The notes beneath the pieces were generated by a model that saw only the letters and a program-made list of their open reading frames with translations, made no database searches and was not told where the DNA came from. From positions 12,735-76,734 of the forward strand of contig CAVWBV010000005.1 of assembly GCA_963753355.1 (NCBI GenBank): a stretch of DNA of 64,000 nt, read 5' to 3'. Source of the stretch: an uncultured Alphaproteobacteria bacterium. Lineage in GTDB: Bacteria > Pseudomonadota > Alphaproteobacteria > Rhizobiales > Xanthobacteraceae. The position numbers were made by a program, and so were the translations under genes. Within the stretch, counting starts at the first letter, position 1; every line of letters begins with the position of its first letter. This document shows positions 9,374-18,712 of the stretch, piece by piece.

Positions 9374-10021
9374 ATGTCCACTTTAAATGCGCCGGCGGTC
9401 TCGGCGCTAATTAATCGGCTCTTCACCGAAGCTGACGCGGCAGAGAACGGCCGCTGGCCGTCCATGCGCGCGGCCGATCGCAGCGACTATCTTAAATACT
9501 ATGGGCTGCTGAAGGATCAGCCGCTTGCCGTCTCCCGCGATACCGGCACGCTACTCTACATGCTGGCGCGTTCAATCCGCGCGCAGAGCATTGTCGAGTT
9601 CGGCACCTCGTTCGGTATTTCCACGCTCCATCTCGCGGCGGCGCTACGCGATAACGGTGGCGGGCGTCTGATCGGCAGCGAATTCGAACCATCGAAAATA
9701 AAACGCGCGCGCGAGAATCTTGCCGCCGGCGGTTTGTCCGATCTGGTGGAGATTCGCGAGGGCGACGCGATGCAAACGCTCGCCCGCGATCTGCCGGACA
9801 CGATTGATTTTGTTTTGCTGGACGGCGCGAAGTCGCTCTATCCGCCCATACTGTTGTTACTCGAGCCGCGCTTGCGCGATGGTGCGCTCATTGTCGCCGA
9901 CAATGCCGACGACAGCCCGGAATACCTCGCGCGGGTCCGGTCCGCAGACAGCGGCTACCTCTCGGTCGGCTTTGGCGAGGATGTTGAGCTGTCCATGCGA
10001 CTGAAGGGTACGGCGCGGTAA
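9374..10021 (+). CDS. class I SAM-dependent O-methyltransferase (catechol/caffeoyl-CoA OMT family 3-like)
   Basis: SAM motif I IVEFGTSFGISTLHLA, then GSEFEP...REGDA...DFVLLDGAKSLY. GGAGAA SD. Confidence 0.8.
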   Translation: MSTLNAPAVSALINRLFTEADAAENGRWPSMRAADRSDYLKYYGLLKDQPLAVSRDTGTLLYMLARSIRAQSIVEFGTSFGISTLHLAAALRDNGGGRLIGSEFEPSKIKRARENLAAGGLSDLVEIREGDAMQTLARDLPDTIDFVLLDGAKSLYPPILLLLEPRLRDGALIVADNADDSPEYLARVRSADSGYLSVGFGEDVELSMRLKGTAR

Positions 10022-10086
10022 TCGCCGTTCTTTAAAACATCCAAGCCACGCTTTAGATAGATCCAATCAACAAAGGTCTTAAAGCC

Positions 10087-10908
10087 ATGTCGGAAACCGC
10101 TCAACCAACTGCCCGGGTCGGCCGCCGCGTCCGTCACGAGACGAAAATGCGGCTGTTGCAGGTTCGCGACGTCAGCCGGCTGACGCCGAAAATGCTGCGC
10201 GTCGTGGTGGGGGGAGACGCGTTGGCCGGCTTCGTCAGCGCTTCTTACGACGACCACGTCAAACTGTTCTTTCCGCATCCCGGCGAAGAGATGCCGGTAT
10301 TGCCGACGCCGAGTCCGAATGGACCGGTATATCCGGAAGGCGTGGCGCGGCCGCCCTCACGAGACTACACGCCGCGCCGCTACGATGCGGCCGCCAGCAC
10401 GCTGACGCTCGACTTCGTGCTGCATGACGCAGGACCGGCGACCGCGTGGGCGGCGCAGGCCCGGCCCGGGCATTTCCTTGGGGTCGGCGGTCCGCGCGGC
10501 TCCTTTGTCATCCCCGACGATTTCGATTGGTATTTGTTCGCCGGCGACGAGACGGCATTGCCAGCCATCGGCCGCCGCCTGGAAGAATTGGCCCCGACCG
10601 CCCACGCTCTGGTCGTCGCCGAAGTTGCCGACAAGGAAGAGGAGCAGCGATTTACCAGCCGTGCCTCGGTCGACGTCCGATGGCTGCATCGCAACGGAGC
10701 CGGAACGACTTCGCTTTTGGAGGACGCGATTGCCGCGCTGCGCATTCCTCAAGGGGAGGGGTATGCGTGGGTGGCTGCGGAGGCAGCAACTGCCAAGACT
10801 TTGCGCCGGCATCTCGTCGAAGAACGCGGACTGGACAAGGAGCGGGTCAAAGCTGCCGCCTACTGGAAGCGCGGCGCCGTCGCCGTCCACGAGACGTATA
10901 ACGATTAA
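10087..10908 (+). CDS. siderophore-interacting protein (FAD-binding ferric-siderophore reductase family, ViuB/SIP)
   Basis: FAD motif RDYTPRRYD, then LGVGGPRGSF, LFAGDETALPAI and YAWVAAEAATAKTLRRHL...YWKRG, as in SIP proteins. Confidence 0.85.
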   Translation: MSETAQPTARVGRRVRHETKMRLLQVRDVSRLTPKMLRVVVGGDALAGFVSASYDDHVKLFFPHPGEEMPVLPTPSPNGPVYPEGVARPPSRDYTPRRYDAAASTLTLDFVLHDAGPATAWAAQARPGHFLGVGGPRGSFVIPDDFDWYLFAGDETALPAIGRRLEELAPTAHALVVAEVADKEEEQRFTSRASVDVRWLHRNGAGTTSLLEDAIAALRIPQGEGYAWVAAEAATAKTLRRHLVEERGLDKERVKAAAYWKRGAVAVHETYND

Positions 10909-11082
10909 ATTTGCTGTGGCTTCAATCGCGGATCAGCCCAGCCAGGCTTGACGCCTTAAAATACAATTCGGTCTTGGCCGAAGTGTTGCCGCTCGCCGGC
11001 AACTCCGATTGTGCCATTTAATACCTGTCGGCGGCGTTTGCCGGCGGATCAGATTTACGGCGAGCTTTTCCGGGAAGCGATT

Positions 11083-12324
11083 ATGGCGGACAGCACATCG
11101 GTCCCGCGTCCACGCGTCTTCTACGGCTGGTTTGTCGTTGCCGGCACTTTTGCCGTCACCTTCATCGGGTTCGGCAGCGCCTATTCGTTCGGCGCGTTCC
11201 TTCCTTCGTTGCAGCATGACTTCGACGCGTCGCGCGGGTCGGTGTCTCTCGTGTTCGCGCTGGCGGGTTTTCTCTACTTCGGGCTCGGCGTGATCAGCGG
11301 TCCCTTGGCCGACCGGTGGGGCTGCCGGCGCTTCGCGGTCATCGGCATGGTTCTGATCGCGATCGGGCTTGGTCTCGCCAGCGTGGCGCGGAGCTTGATC
11401 GAAGTTTATGCCGCCTACGGTCTAGGCGTCGGCCTGGGTATCGGCTGCGCCTACGTTCCAGCCGTCGCCGCGGTGCAGCGCTGGTTTGTTCGCCGTCGCG
11501 GCTTCGCCTCCGGGCTAGCCGTCAGCGGCATCGGCGTCGGTACTTTGGTGGCGCCGCCGGTCGCTGCGTTTTTGATCGAACTTCTTGGCTGGCGCGAAAC
11601 CTATCTGGCGCTCGGAATTTTCACCCTGGTGGCCGGCGTCGGTCTCGCCTTCCTCATCGAGGACGATCCGCGTGCGCGTGGCCTCGCTCCCGACGGTGAA
11701 GCGATGCCATCGGGCGCGCGACCGGCACCCGCGGCGCCGGCGTCGGTGAGGAGCATTGTCACTTCGCCGCGCTTCATCGGACTATACGGCGCCTGCTTCA
11801 TCTGCGCGTTCGGGCTGTTCGTTCCGTTCGTGCATCTCGTTCCGTACGCGCTTGACCACGGCATCGCACAGAGTTCTGCGGTGCTTTTGATCGGAGCCAT
11901 CGGTGTCGGCAGCACCGCTGGACGTTTTCTGCTGGGCGACCTCGCTGATCGGCTGGGCCGCGCGTTTTCGTTTCTCGTAATGTTTGTTGGCATGGGGCTT
12001 TCGTTCGCAATTTGGCTGTTCGCGGGGAGCTTCTGGCCGCTCGCCGTTTTTGCGCTGGTGTTCGGCGTCTTTTACGGCGGCTTCGTCGCGCTCGCGCCGG
12101 CGGTGGTTATCGATTATTTCGGCGCGCAGAACGCATCGACTATCATCGGCATTCTCTATACCAGCGTCGCCTTCGGCACGCTGATCGGCCCAAGCGCGGC
12201 AGGGTACGCTTTCGACTTAAGCCATAGTTATACGCTGCCGATCGTTATCAGCGGATGCGCCTATGTGCTGGCGACCGCCATCCTCGCGTTAACAACAAGA
12301 GCGCGGCTCGCGAGGGCTAATTAA
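11083..12324 (+). CDS. MFS transporter (monocarboxylate/OFA-like)
   Basis: About 12 predicted hydrophobic segments, with GPLADRWGCRR (MFS loop 2-3 motif). The internal ATG at 11083 precedes the first TM segment. Confidence 0.85.
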   Translation: MADSTSVPRPRVFYGWFVVAGTFAVTFIGFGSAYSFGAFLPSLQHDFDASRGSVSLVFALAGFLYFGLGVISGPLADRWGCRRFAVIGMVLIAIGLGLASVARSLIEVYAAYGLGVGLGIGCAYVPAVAAVQRWFVRRRGFASGLAVSGIGVGTLVAPPVAAFLIELLGWRETYLALGIFTLVAGVGLAFLIEDDPRARGLAPDGEAMPSGARPAPAAPASVRSIVTSPRFIGLYGACFICAFGLFVPFVHLVPYALDHGIAQSSAVLLIGAIGVGSTAGRFLLGDLADRLGRAFSFLVMFVGMGLSFAIWLFAGSFWPLAVFALVFGVFYGGFVALAPAVVIDYFGAQNASTIIGILYTSVAFGTLIGPSAAGYAFDLSHSYTLPIVISGCAYVLATAILALTTRARLARAN

Positions 12325-13570
12325 GCGCCGCGTAAACGAGGTTGCGAAACAGATAGCGATAGTAATCGCGCTGGCCGGGCGCCTGAATCATCATCATCGC
12401 GATCAGTTCCTCGCCCGGCGCGACCCAAAAGACCGTGCCGGCGAGGCCGCCCCAGAAATATTCACCGACCGTGCCGACCGTCGCGGCCATGCCGGGGTCG
12501 CGCCGGATCGCAAATCCCAATCCGAACCGGTGTCCCGGTTGCAACAGATTGGGATTTCCGTTCCGGACATTGGGCGCGAGATGGTCGGACGTCATATAGT
12601 CGAGTGTTTTCCGCCCAATGAAATGGGTGTCGCCGAGCGATCCGCCGCGATAGAGCATGGTGGCGAAGCGCGCATAGTCATCCATCGTCGAGAAAAGACC
12701 GCCGCCGCCGGATTCAAAACGCGGCGCGGTTTTCCCGTCAATAAGCTCAACCGGCTTTCCGGTTTCCGGATCGCGGTCGAACGGCTGCGCCATGCGCTCG
12801 CGGTCGGGGCCGGGTACGCAAAAGGCCGTGTCCCTCATGCCAAGCGGTCTGAAAATGCGCTCGTCGAGGAACGCGCTGAGCGGCTGTCCGCTGACGATCT
12901 CAACCACGCGCCCGATCACGTCGGTTGAGTGGCTGTAGAACCACGAAGCGCCGGGCTGGTCGATTAACGGCAGTTTGGCGAGCTCAGCGACAAATTCGGC
13001 CGTCGTCAGATCGCGGATCAACAACTGGCGGGCGTTCGCTGGATCCGGCGCAAACAAGTCCGCGTTCTTATAGAGGCGCTGCACGGCAAAATCGCCGGTG
13101 AAAGCGTAAGTCAGGCCCGAGGTGTGACGCAGCAAATCGTGAATGGTGATGGCCCGCTCGGCGGCGACGAGCTCAAGCCGGCCGTTTTTCTCGACGCCGA
13201 CTTTCGGATCGGCGAATTCGGGAATGAATTTCGCAACGGGGTCGGCGACAAACAGCCGCCCTTCCTCCACCAGCATCATCAGCGCGACAGAGACGACCGG
13301 CTTGGTCATCGAGAAAATGCGGAAAATCGCATCCGACGGAAGCGGCGGCCCGGCGGGCCGCAGCGCGCCGACATCGGAACGGTAAGCGCACTTGCCGCCG
13401 CGCGCTATCATCATCGATACGCCTGGCACGCGGCGCGCCTGGACCTCGCGCCGCATGACGGCGGTGAGCCGGGCGAGAGCCTGCGGCCTCAGTCCAACTT
13501 CATCGGGATCGATTTCGGGAAGGGGAGCATGTTTGTTCACGGCGCGGGCATCCGCTGTCGAGGGAGACAA
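12317..13570 (-). CDS. serine hydrolase (beta-lactamase/esterase family)
   Basis: 417-aa ORF with the S-x-x-K motif FSMTKPV and a class C beta-lactamase-like length. It is convergent with the MFS gene, with an 8-nt overlap. Confidence 0.85.
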   Translation of the reverse strand: MSPSTADARAVNKHAPLPEIDPDEVGLRPQALARLTAVMRREVQARRVPGVSMMIARGGKCAYRSDVGALRPAGPPLPSDAIFRIFSMTKPVVSVALMMLVEEGRLFVADPVAKFIPEFADPKVGVEKNGRLELVAAERAITIHDLLRHTSGLTYAFTGDFAVQRLYKNADLFAPDPANARQLLIRDLTTAEFVAELAKLPLIDQPGASWFYSHSTDVIGRVVEIVSGQPLSAFLDERIFRPLGMRDTAFCVPGPDRERMAQPFDRDPETGKPVELIDGKTAPRFESGGGGLFSTMDDYARFATMLYRGGSLGDTHFIGRKTLDYMTSDHLAPNVRNGNPNLLQPGHRFGLGFAIRRDPGMAATVGTVGEYFWGGLAGTVFWVAPGEELIAMMMIQAPGQRDYYRYLFRNLVYAALN

Positions 13571-13620
13571 GACACTGCCTCAGCCGGCAGGCTGGCGCAA
13601 TGCCGACAGCGTTTGCAATT

Positions 13621-15384
13621 TTATGCGGCGACCGGCGGCCTCGCGAGCCGGTCCATTTCCCGTTCGACCAGCCGCCGGTAAACTCCCTCGCGCCGCAGCA
13701 GGGCGTCCGGCGCGCCGTCCTGCACGACTTTCCCGAGCTCAAGCACAACGATGCGGTCGAAATTGCGCACCGTGGACAGCCGATGCGCAATGGCGATCAC
13801 GGTGCGTCCGCGCATCAAGCGGCCGAGCGCGTCGCGAATCGCCTCCTCCAACTCCCCATCCAGCGACGAGGTCGCCTCGTCGAGTAGAAGAAGTGGCGCG
13901 TTCTTGAGGAATGCCCGGGCGATCGCGATACGCTGACGCTGACCTCCGGAGAGCCGCACGCCGCGGTCGCCGACCAGGGTTCGCATCCCATTCGGCAACT
14001 CTTCAATGAAGTCGCAGCGGGCGGCGAAGGCCGCATCGAGCACCTCATCGTCCGTTGCATCCGGCCTGCCGTAACGGATGTTCTCCATGACCGAACGGTA
14101 GAACAGCGAAATATCTTGCGGCACCACGCCGATCGCTTCTCGCAAGCTCTCTTGCGTGACGCGGGATATATCTTGGCCGTCGATCAAAATGCGGCCGCCC
14201 TTCGTGTCATAGAAACGTTGCAGCAGCGCAAAGACAGTGGATTTGCCGCCGCCGGAATGGCCGACAAGCCCAATGCGCTCGCCCGGCATGAAGCTCAGAT
14301 TCAGGTCTTCGAAAATCTGCTGACCGTCGGGGTAGTGGAAATCAACATGCTCGAACTTGACGCTCGCGCCGCGGCGAACGAGCGGCGCCGCCTCCGGATG
14401 ATCGCGGAGCTCGTGGGGCACCAGCAAGGTTGCCAAGGCTTCCGAGAGCCGCGCGACATGCTGCGTGATATCGACCAAAGCCACTGCCAGATCGCGCGTC
14501 GCATGCAGGACCGAAATTCCGAGCGTGCAGATGAGCACGACGTCGCCGGTCGTCGCCTCGTTGAGCTGCCACAAAATTATCGCCCAGGCCAGCAGACCGA
14601 GCGCCAACACGATAGTAACGACGGCGTGGAAAATCCGGAGCCTCTCCAGGTAAAAGAGGCTCCGCCGCCGCGCGTCCATTTCCTGCTCTACCGTCGCGTC
14701 GAAGCGGCGATGCTCGCGCATAAGTCCGCCGAATGCCCGCACTAGCGGCATGTTCGAGACGACGTCGGTCATTTCGCCGTCGACCGCGGCGGCTTTGCCG
14801 GCGAAGTCGTGATGTAGCGGCCGCCCGTTGGCCGCGAGCCGAAACATCACACAGACCATTACGCCGGCGACGAAGGCGAGGCCTCCGGCCATAGGGAGGC
14901 TGACCGTGCCCACGAGTGCAATTGCGGCAACAGTCGCCACGCACGGGGGAAGCACGTTCCACACGAACATGTTCTCGCCCGTGAACACCGCGTTTGAGGT
15001 CGCAGTAACGCGGCTTGTCAGCGTGCCGGGTAAACGCTCGGCGAAATAACTTGGTGAATGCCCGGTCAGGTGACGGAAAAGATCGCGCCGCAGATCTCCG
15101 GTCACGGCCACGAAGGCATAGTTGCCGATCCAGCTGGCAAGCCGCCACAACAGATTGTCGGCCGCAATCAACGACCCGAGCAGGATGAACGCGGTCCAAA
15201 CGTCGGCGGTTACGCCGCGCGAGAGCGTATCCACCAGATATTTCACGCCGTATTGAGTGCCGACCGAGCAAGCCACCGCGCACAGCACGGCAGTCAGGAT
15301 AACCGCATGCGAGAACGGTCGCCGCCGTACGTAATTAAAGATGAATGAAAGGGGATGCTTGGCGTAGTCACACAGATCGGCCAT
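13621..15384 (-). CDS. ABC transporter, fused permease/ATP-binding protein (exporter type, MsbA-like)
   Basis: N-terminal 6-TM region, Walker A GHSGGGKST, signature LSGGQRQR and Walker B LLLLDEATS. Confidence 0.9.
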   Translation of the reverse strand: MADLCDYAKHPLSFIFNYVRRRPFSHAVILTAVLCAVACSVGTQYGVKYLVDTLSRGVTADVWTAFILLGSLIAADNLLWRLASWIGNYAFVAVTGDLRRDLFRHLTGHSPSYFAERLPGTLTSRVTATSNAVFTGENMFVWNVLPPCVATVAAIALVGTVSLPMAGGLAFVAGVMVCVMFRLAANGRPLHHDFAGKAAAVDGEMTDVVSNMPLVRAFGGLMREHRRFDATVEQEMDARRRSLFYLERLRIFHAVVTIVLALGLLAWAIILWQLNEATTGDVVLICTLGISVLHATRDLAVALVDITQHVARLSEALATLLVPHELRDHPEAAPLVRRGASVKFEHVDFHYPDGQQIFEDLNLSFMPGERIGLVGHSGGGKSTVFALLQRFYDTKGGRILIDGQDISRVTQESLREAIGVVPQDISLFYRSVMENIRYGRPDATDDEVLDAAFAARCDFIEELPNGMRTLVGDRGVRLSGGQRQRIAIARAFLKNAPLLLLDEATSSLDGELEEAIRDALGRLMRGRTVIAIAHRLSTVRNFDRIVVLELGKVVQDGAPDALLRREGVYRRLVEREMDRLARPPVAA

Positions 15385-15706
15385 GCGCGCTCAAGCTCCC
15401 CTTTAGGATACCGCCGGCTCCCGCTCACCGTCAGCATCACAACGCGGGTAAAACAAAATTTATCCACCCGGCTCGCAAAATTTCTGCGCCTGAAATTCGC
15501 TGCCGTCGCGCCACGTCTTGGCCAAATTGTCGCCAGCGTGGAGATTTTTGGACCAGAGTCGACGCAGAATTCCGCCAAAGGTTCCGCCGTCGCCCGAAAA
15601 TAACTTTCCGATTTGTTTTTGGAACTATCCCCTGGTTCCCGGTTCTTAATCTAGCGCCGGGGAACCCAAAAGGTTCGGATACACCCCCTCACCAAGAGGA
15701 CGTTCG

Positions 15707-16777
15707 ATGCATATTGCCCAGATCGCACCCCTGACGGAGGCGATCCCGCCCAAGCTTTATGGGGGAACCGAGCGCGTCGTGTCGTGGCTCACGGAGGAAT
15801 TGATCGCGCTCGGCCACGAGGTAACGCTGTTCGCCAGCGGGGATTCGATCACCTCGGCGCGTCTCGAGTCTGTGTGGCCGCGTGCCTTGCGGCTCGACGG
15901 CTCGGTGCGCGATCCCAACGCCCTGCATATGCTGATGCTGGAGCGCGTCTATCAACGCGCCGGCGATTTCGATTTTCTCCATTTCCACTTGGATTACTAT
16001 CCGTTCTCCCTGTTCATGCGGCAGCCGACGCCATTCGCCACCACTTTGCACGGCCGGCTTGATTTGCCCGAGCATCAGCCGGTATTCGACGAATTCTCAT
16101 CCGTGCCGGTGATATCGATCTCCAACGCGCAGCGGCGTCCATTGCCGCAGGCACGCTGGGTCAGAACCGTCCATCATGGCTTGCCGAAAGATTTGCTGCG
16201 GCCAAAGCCGGTCAAACCTTCGTATTTCGGCTTCCTTGGCCGCATAGCTCCGGAAAAGGGTATAGACCGCGCCATTCGCATCGCCGAGCATTGCGGCATG
16301 CCTTTGAAAGTCGCCGCCAAGGTCGACAACGCGGATCGCGAGTATTACGAGGAAAAGATCAAGCCGATGATGCAATCGGCAAACGTCGAATTCATCGGCG
16401 AAATCAACGACGCACAGAAACCCGAGTTCTTAAGCGGCGCGACAGTTTTGCTCGTTCCCATCGATTGGCCGGAGCCGTTCGGCCTGGTCATGATCGAAGC
16501 CATGGCCTGCGGCACGCCCGTGATCGCGTTCAATCGCGGGTCGGTGCCGGAAATAGTCGAAGACGGAGTGACCGGCTTCATTGTCGAGGACATTAACGGC
16601 GCGATCGGCGCAGTCGACCGCCTCTCGCACCTGTCGCGCACCGACATCCGACAAAAGTTCGAAGAGCGCTTCACCTCGCGGCGCATGGCGATGGATTATC
16701 TTTCCATCTACCGCAGCCTGGGCGACAAGAAGACGCCGCAGCTGCGGCTGGTCGCGGACGACGCGCCGGCTCTTTAG
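15707..16777 (+). CDS. glycosyltransferase family 4
   Basis: N-terminus MHIAQIAP...YGGTERVVSWLTEELIALGHEVTLFASGDS and the GT-B C-terminal motif PFGLVMIEAMACGTPVIAF. Confidence 0.85.
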   Translation: MHIAQIAPLTEAIPPKLYGGTERVVSWLTEELIALGHEVTLFASGDSITSARLESVWPRALRLDGSVRDPNALHMLMLERVYQRAGDFDFLHFHLDYYPFSLFMRQPTPFATTLHGRLDLPEHQPVFDEFSSVPVISISNAQRRPLPQARWVRTVHHGLPKDLLRPKPVKPSYFGFLGRIAPEKGIDRAIRIAEHCGMPLKVAAKVDNADREYYEEKIKPMMQSANVEFIGEINDAQKPEFLSGATVLLVPIDWPEPFGLVMIEAMACGTPVIAFNRGSVPEIVEDGVTGFIVEDINGAIGAVDRLSHLSRTDIRQKFEERFTSRRMAMDYLSIYRSLGDKKTPQLRLVADDAPAL

Positions 16778-16785
16778 CGCGTCGT

Positions 16786-17994
16786 CTAATCGGCCTCGGG
16801 GGCGTTGCGGGTTTCTGGCATCAGAAACCACACCGCCGCCAGCCCGAACAGGGCCACCACCGCTAGGCCGGCAAATGCCGCCGGGCTGCCAAGCCGATCG
16901 CTCATGAAGCCGGCGAAGGTCGCGCTGAGCGACGCGCCGATGCCGGTAAAGGTCCCGACAAATCCCAGCCCGAGATTGAAGTGCCCGGTGCCCTTGGTCA
17001 GATCGGCCACGATAAGCGGCACCATCACGCTAAAGACGGCGGCCGTCACGCCGTCGAGAAGTTGCACCACAACCAGTAGCTCGGGATTTGTCACCGAGGC
17101 AAAAAGGAACCCGCGGAGCGGCAAAGCGGCAAATCCGATAATCAGTAAGGGTCGCCGTCCCCATGATTGGGCCTTTCGCCCGACCCAAGGCGATAGCGTG
17201 GCGACGAGGAGTTGTGGCACCACAATGCACACGGCGATGAGGATGGTGGCCCAGCGGGCGGAGCGCATGGTCATGGCGCTGCCCATCAGCGGCAACATGG
17301 CCGAATTGGCCAGATGAAAGAGCAGAATACAGCCGCCGAAAATAAGCAGCGGCCGATTGTAAAGCAGTTCGCTCCATTTGTGCGGATGGCGTTCGACTTT
17401 CTGGCGCGGCGGCGCGCCGTGCGCCCGTTCGGGATCGATCTCGCTTGGAGTAATCATCCGCAGCGCGAGCAGCGCCGGGATAAGGAGCACGACGGTGACA
17501 ATGAAGACCGCGCGGGCGGAAAGAAAATATCCGCAGGCGCCCATGGCCGCCGCCGCTATCCCGTTACCGACCGAAGCGAAGCGCGCGTTACGGCCCAAAC
17601 GTTCGCTTATTGCGGCATGACCGACCAGGCCGAGGCTGATGGCGGCGATGGCGGGCCCGAGAACGCAACTCGCCATCGCTTGCGTAACTGCCGCCGGCAG
17701 GATCACGGCGAAGGCCGGGTGCGCCGCGTACGCCAGCGCGCTGGCGCAAATCGCCATGACCCCGACGCCTGCGACGAAACGCTCCGAACGCGCAGCGTCG
17801 ACCAGCGCTCCACCCGGCATCTGGCCAATAAGTGAAACAAGCGCGGCCGCCGAGAGCACGAAGCCGATGTCGATCTGCGTCCATTTTTGCGTCGTGAGAT
17901 AAACGGAAACAAACGGCCCAAAACCGGTCTGGACGTCGGCGACAAAAAAGATGAACCAGTCGAGTCCGCGGAGGCTTTTCGCTGACGGTGTCAG
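16786..17994 (-). CDS. MFS transporter; start uncertain (canonical GTG at 17859 would delete TM1; the only upstream in-frame candidate is CTG 17994)
   Basis: The ORF-track part (16786-17859) is a clear multi-TM MFS. My upstream in-frame translation continues as SLRGLDWFIFFVADVQTGFGPFVSVYLTTQKWTQIDIGF, a typical first TM helix and loop, with the frame open to 18132. Confidence 0.75.
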   Translation of the reverse strand: MTPSAKSLRGLDWFIFFVADVQTGFGPFVSVYLTTQKWTQIDIGFVLSAAALVSLIGQMPGGALVDAARSERFVAGVGVMAICASALAYAAHPAFAVILPAAVTQAMASCVLGPAIAAISLGLVGHAAISERLGRNARFASVGNGIAAAAMGACGYFLSARAVFIVTVVLLIPALLALRMITPSEIDPERAHGAPPRQKVERHPHKWSELLYNRPLLIFGGCILLFHLANSAMLPLMGSAMTMRSARWATILIAVCIVVPQLLVATLSPWVGRKAQSWGRRPLLIIGFAALPLRGFLFASVTNPELLVVVQLLDGVTAAVFSVMVPLIVADLTKGTGHFNLGLGFVGTFTGIGASLSATFAGFMSDRLGSPAAFAGLAVVALFGLAAVWFLMPETRNAPEAD

Positions 17995-18138
17995 CGGGGT
18001 TTCGGGTCCGCCCGGCTGATTAAGCGCGGGCGAAGCGGGTTGATCGTTGCCCCCGCCGCGGTCGTCTCGATTGTCGCCAAAGCGGCGTAACGGTTCCGCG
18101 TACAGAAGGCATCTCCAGGACTTATCGAGGACTTAAAA

Positions 18139-18606
18139 TTATTCGGGCAGCGGTACGAGCTTGCCGAGCGCGCCAAGAACGACGACGGCTTTGCCGTCTT
18201 TGTATTCGGGTGCGGCCTTGACTTGATCGCGCGTCAGATCGAGCGCGATGGTGCTGTTCGGCTTGCCCGGCGGAGGAAAGTGCAGGGCGCTCCAGTCCAC
18301 TGCGATCTTGCGGCTGCCGACGCCGAGAAAGCCGCCAAAGTCGATGATGGCGGCGCGGACCTGGCCCTCACGGTCCACCAGCACGTCAACGACGCGTCCC
18401 ATATTCTCATCGGTGGCGCTGCGCACGTCGCGTCCAAGCACGCCCTCGACTTCGTGCTTATTGAGTACGGTGACTTCAGGAGCCGTCGTTTCGCCGGTTG
18501 GCGGCGGGGCTTTATCAGTGTCGTTCTCGGCCAGCGCTCCGGTCAGCGCGACAGTGACCAGCAACAGCGCGGCCAAAGCCATCGCCATGCGACGATTCCC
18601 GCCCAT
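18139..18606 (-). CDS. PRC-barrel domain protein with signal peptide
   Basis: Signal peptide MAMALAALLLVTVALTGALA. PRC-barrel-like core GRDVRSATDENMGRVVDVLVDREGQVRAAIIDFGGFLGVGSRKIAV. Confidence 0.75.
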   Translation of the reverse strand: MGGNRRMAMALAALLLVTVALTGALAENDTDKAPPPTGETTAPEVTVLNKHEVEGVLGRDVRSATDENMGRVVDVLVDREGQVRAAIIDFGGFLGVGSRKIAVDWSALHFPPPGKPNSTIALDLTRDQVKAAPEYKDGKAVVVLGALGKLVPLPE

Positions 18607-18712
18607 GCTGCCTCCGAGAAAGAGTTGTGCTCAACCGGTTAAGCGCCGGAATCCCATTCCGGTTCCACTGCCGGCGCGCCGGAAAAGAGGTAAGGCCAGC
18701 AAAGGCTTAGGT

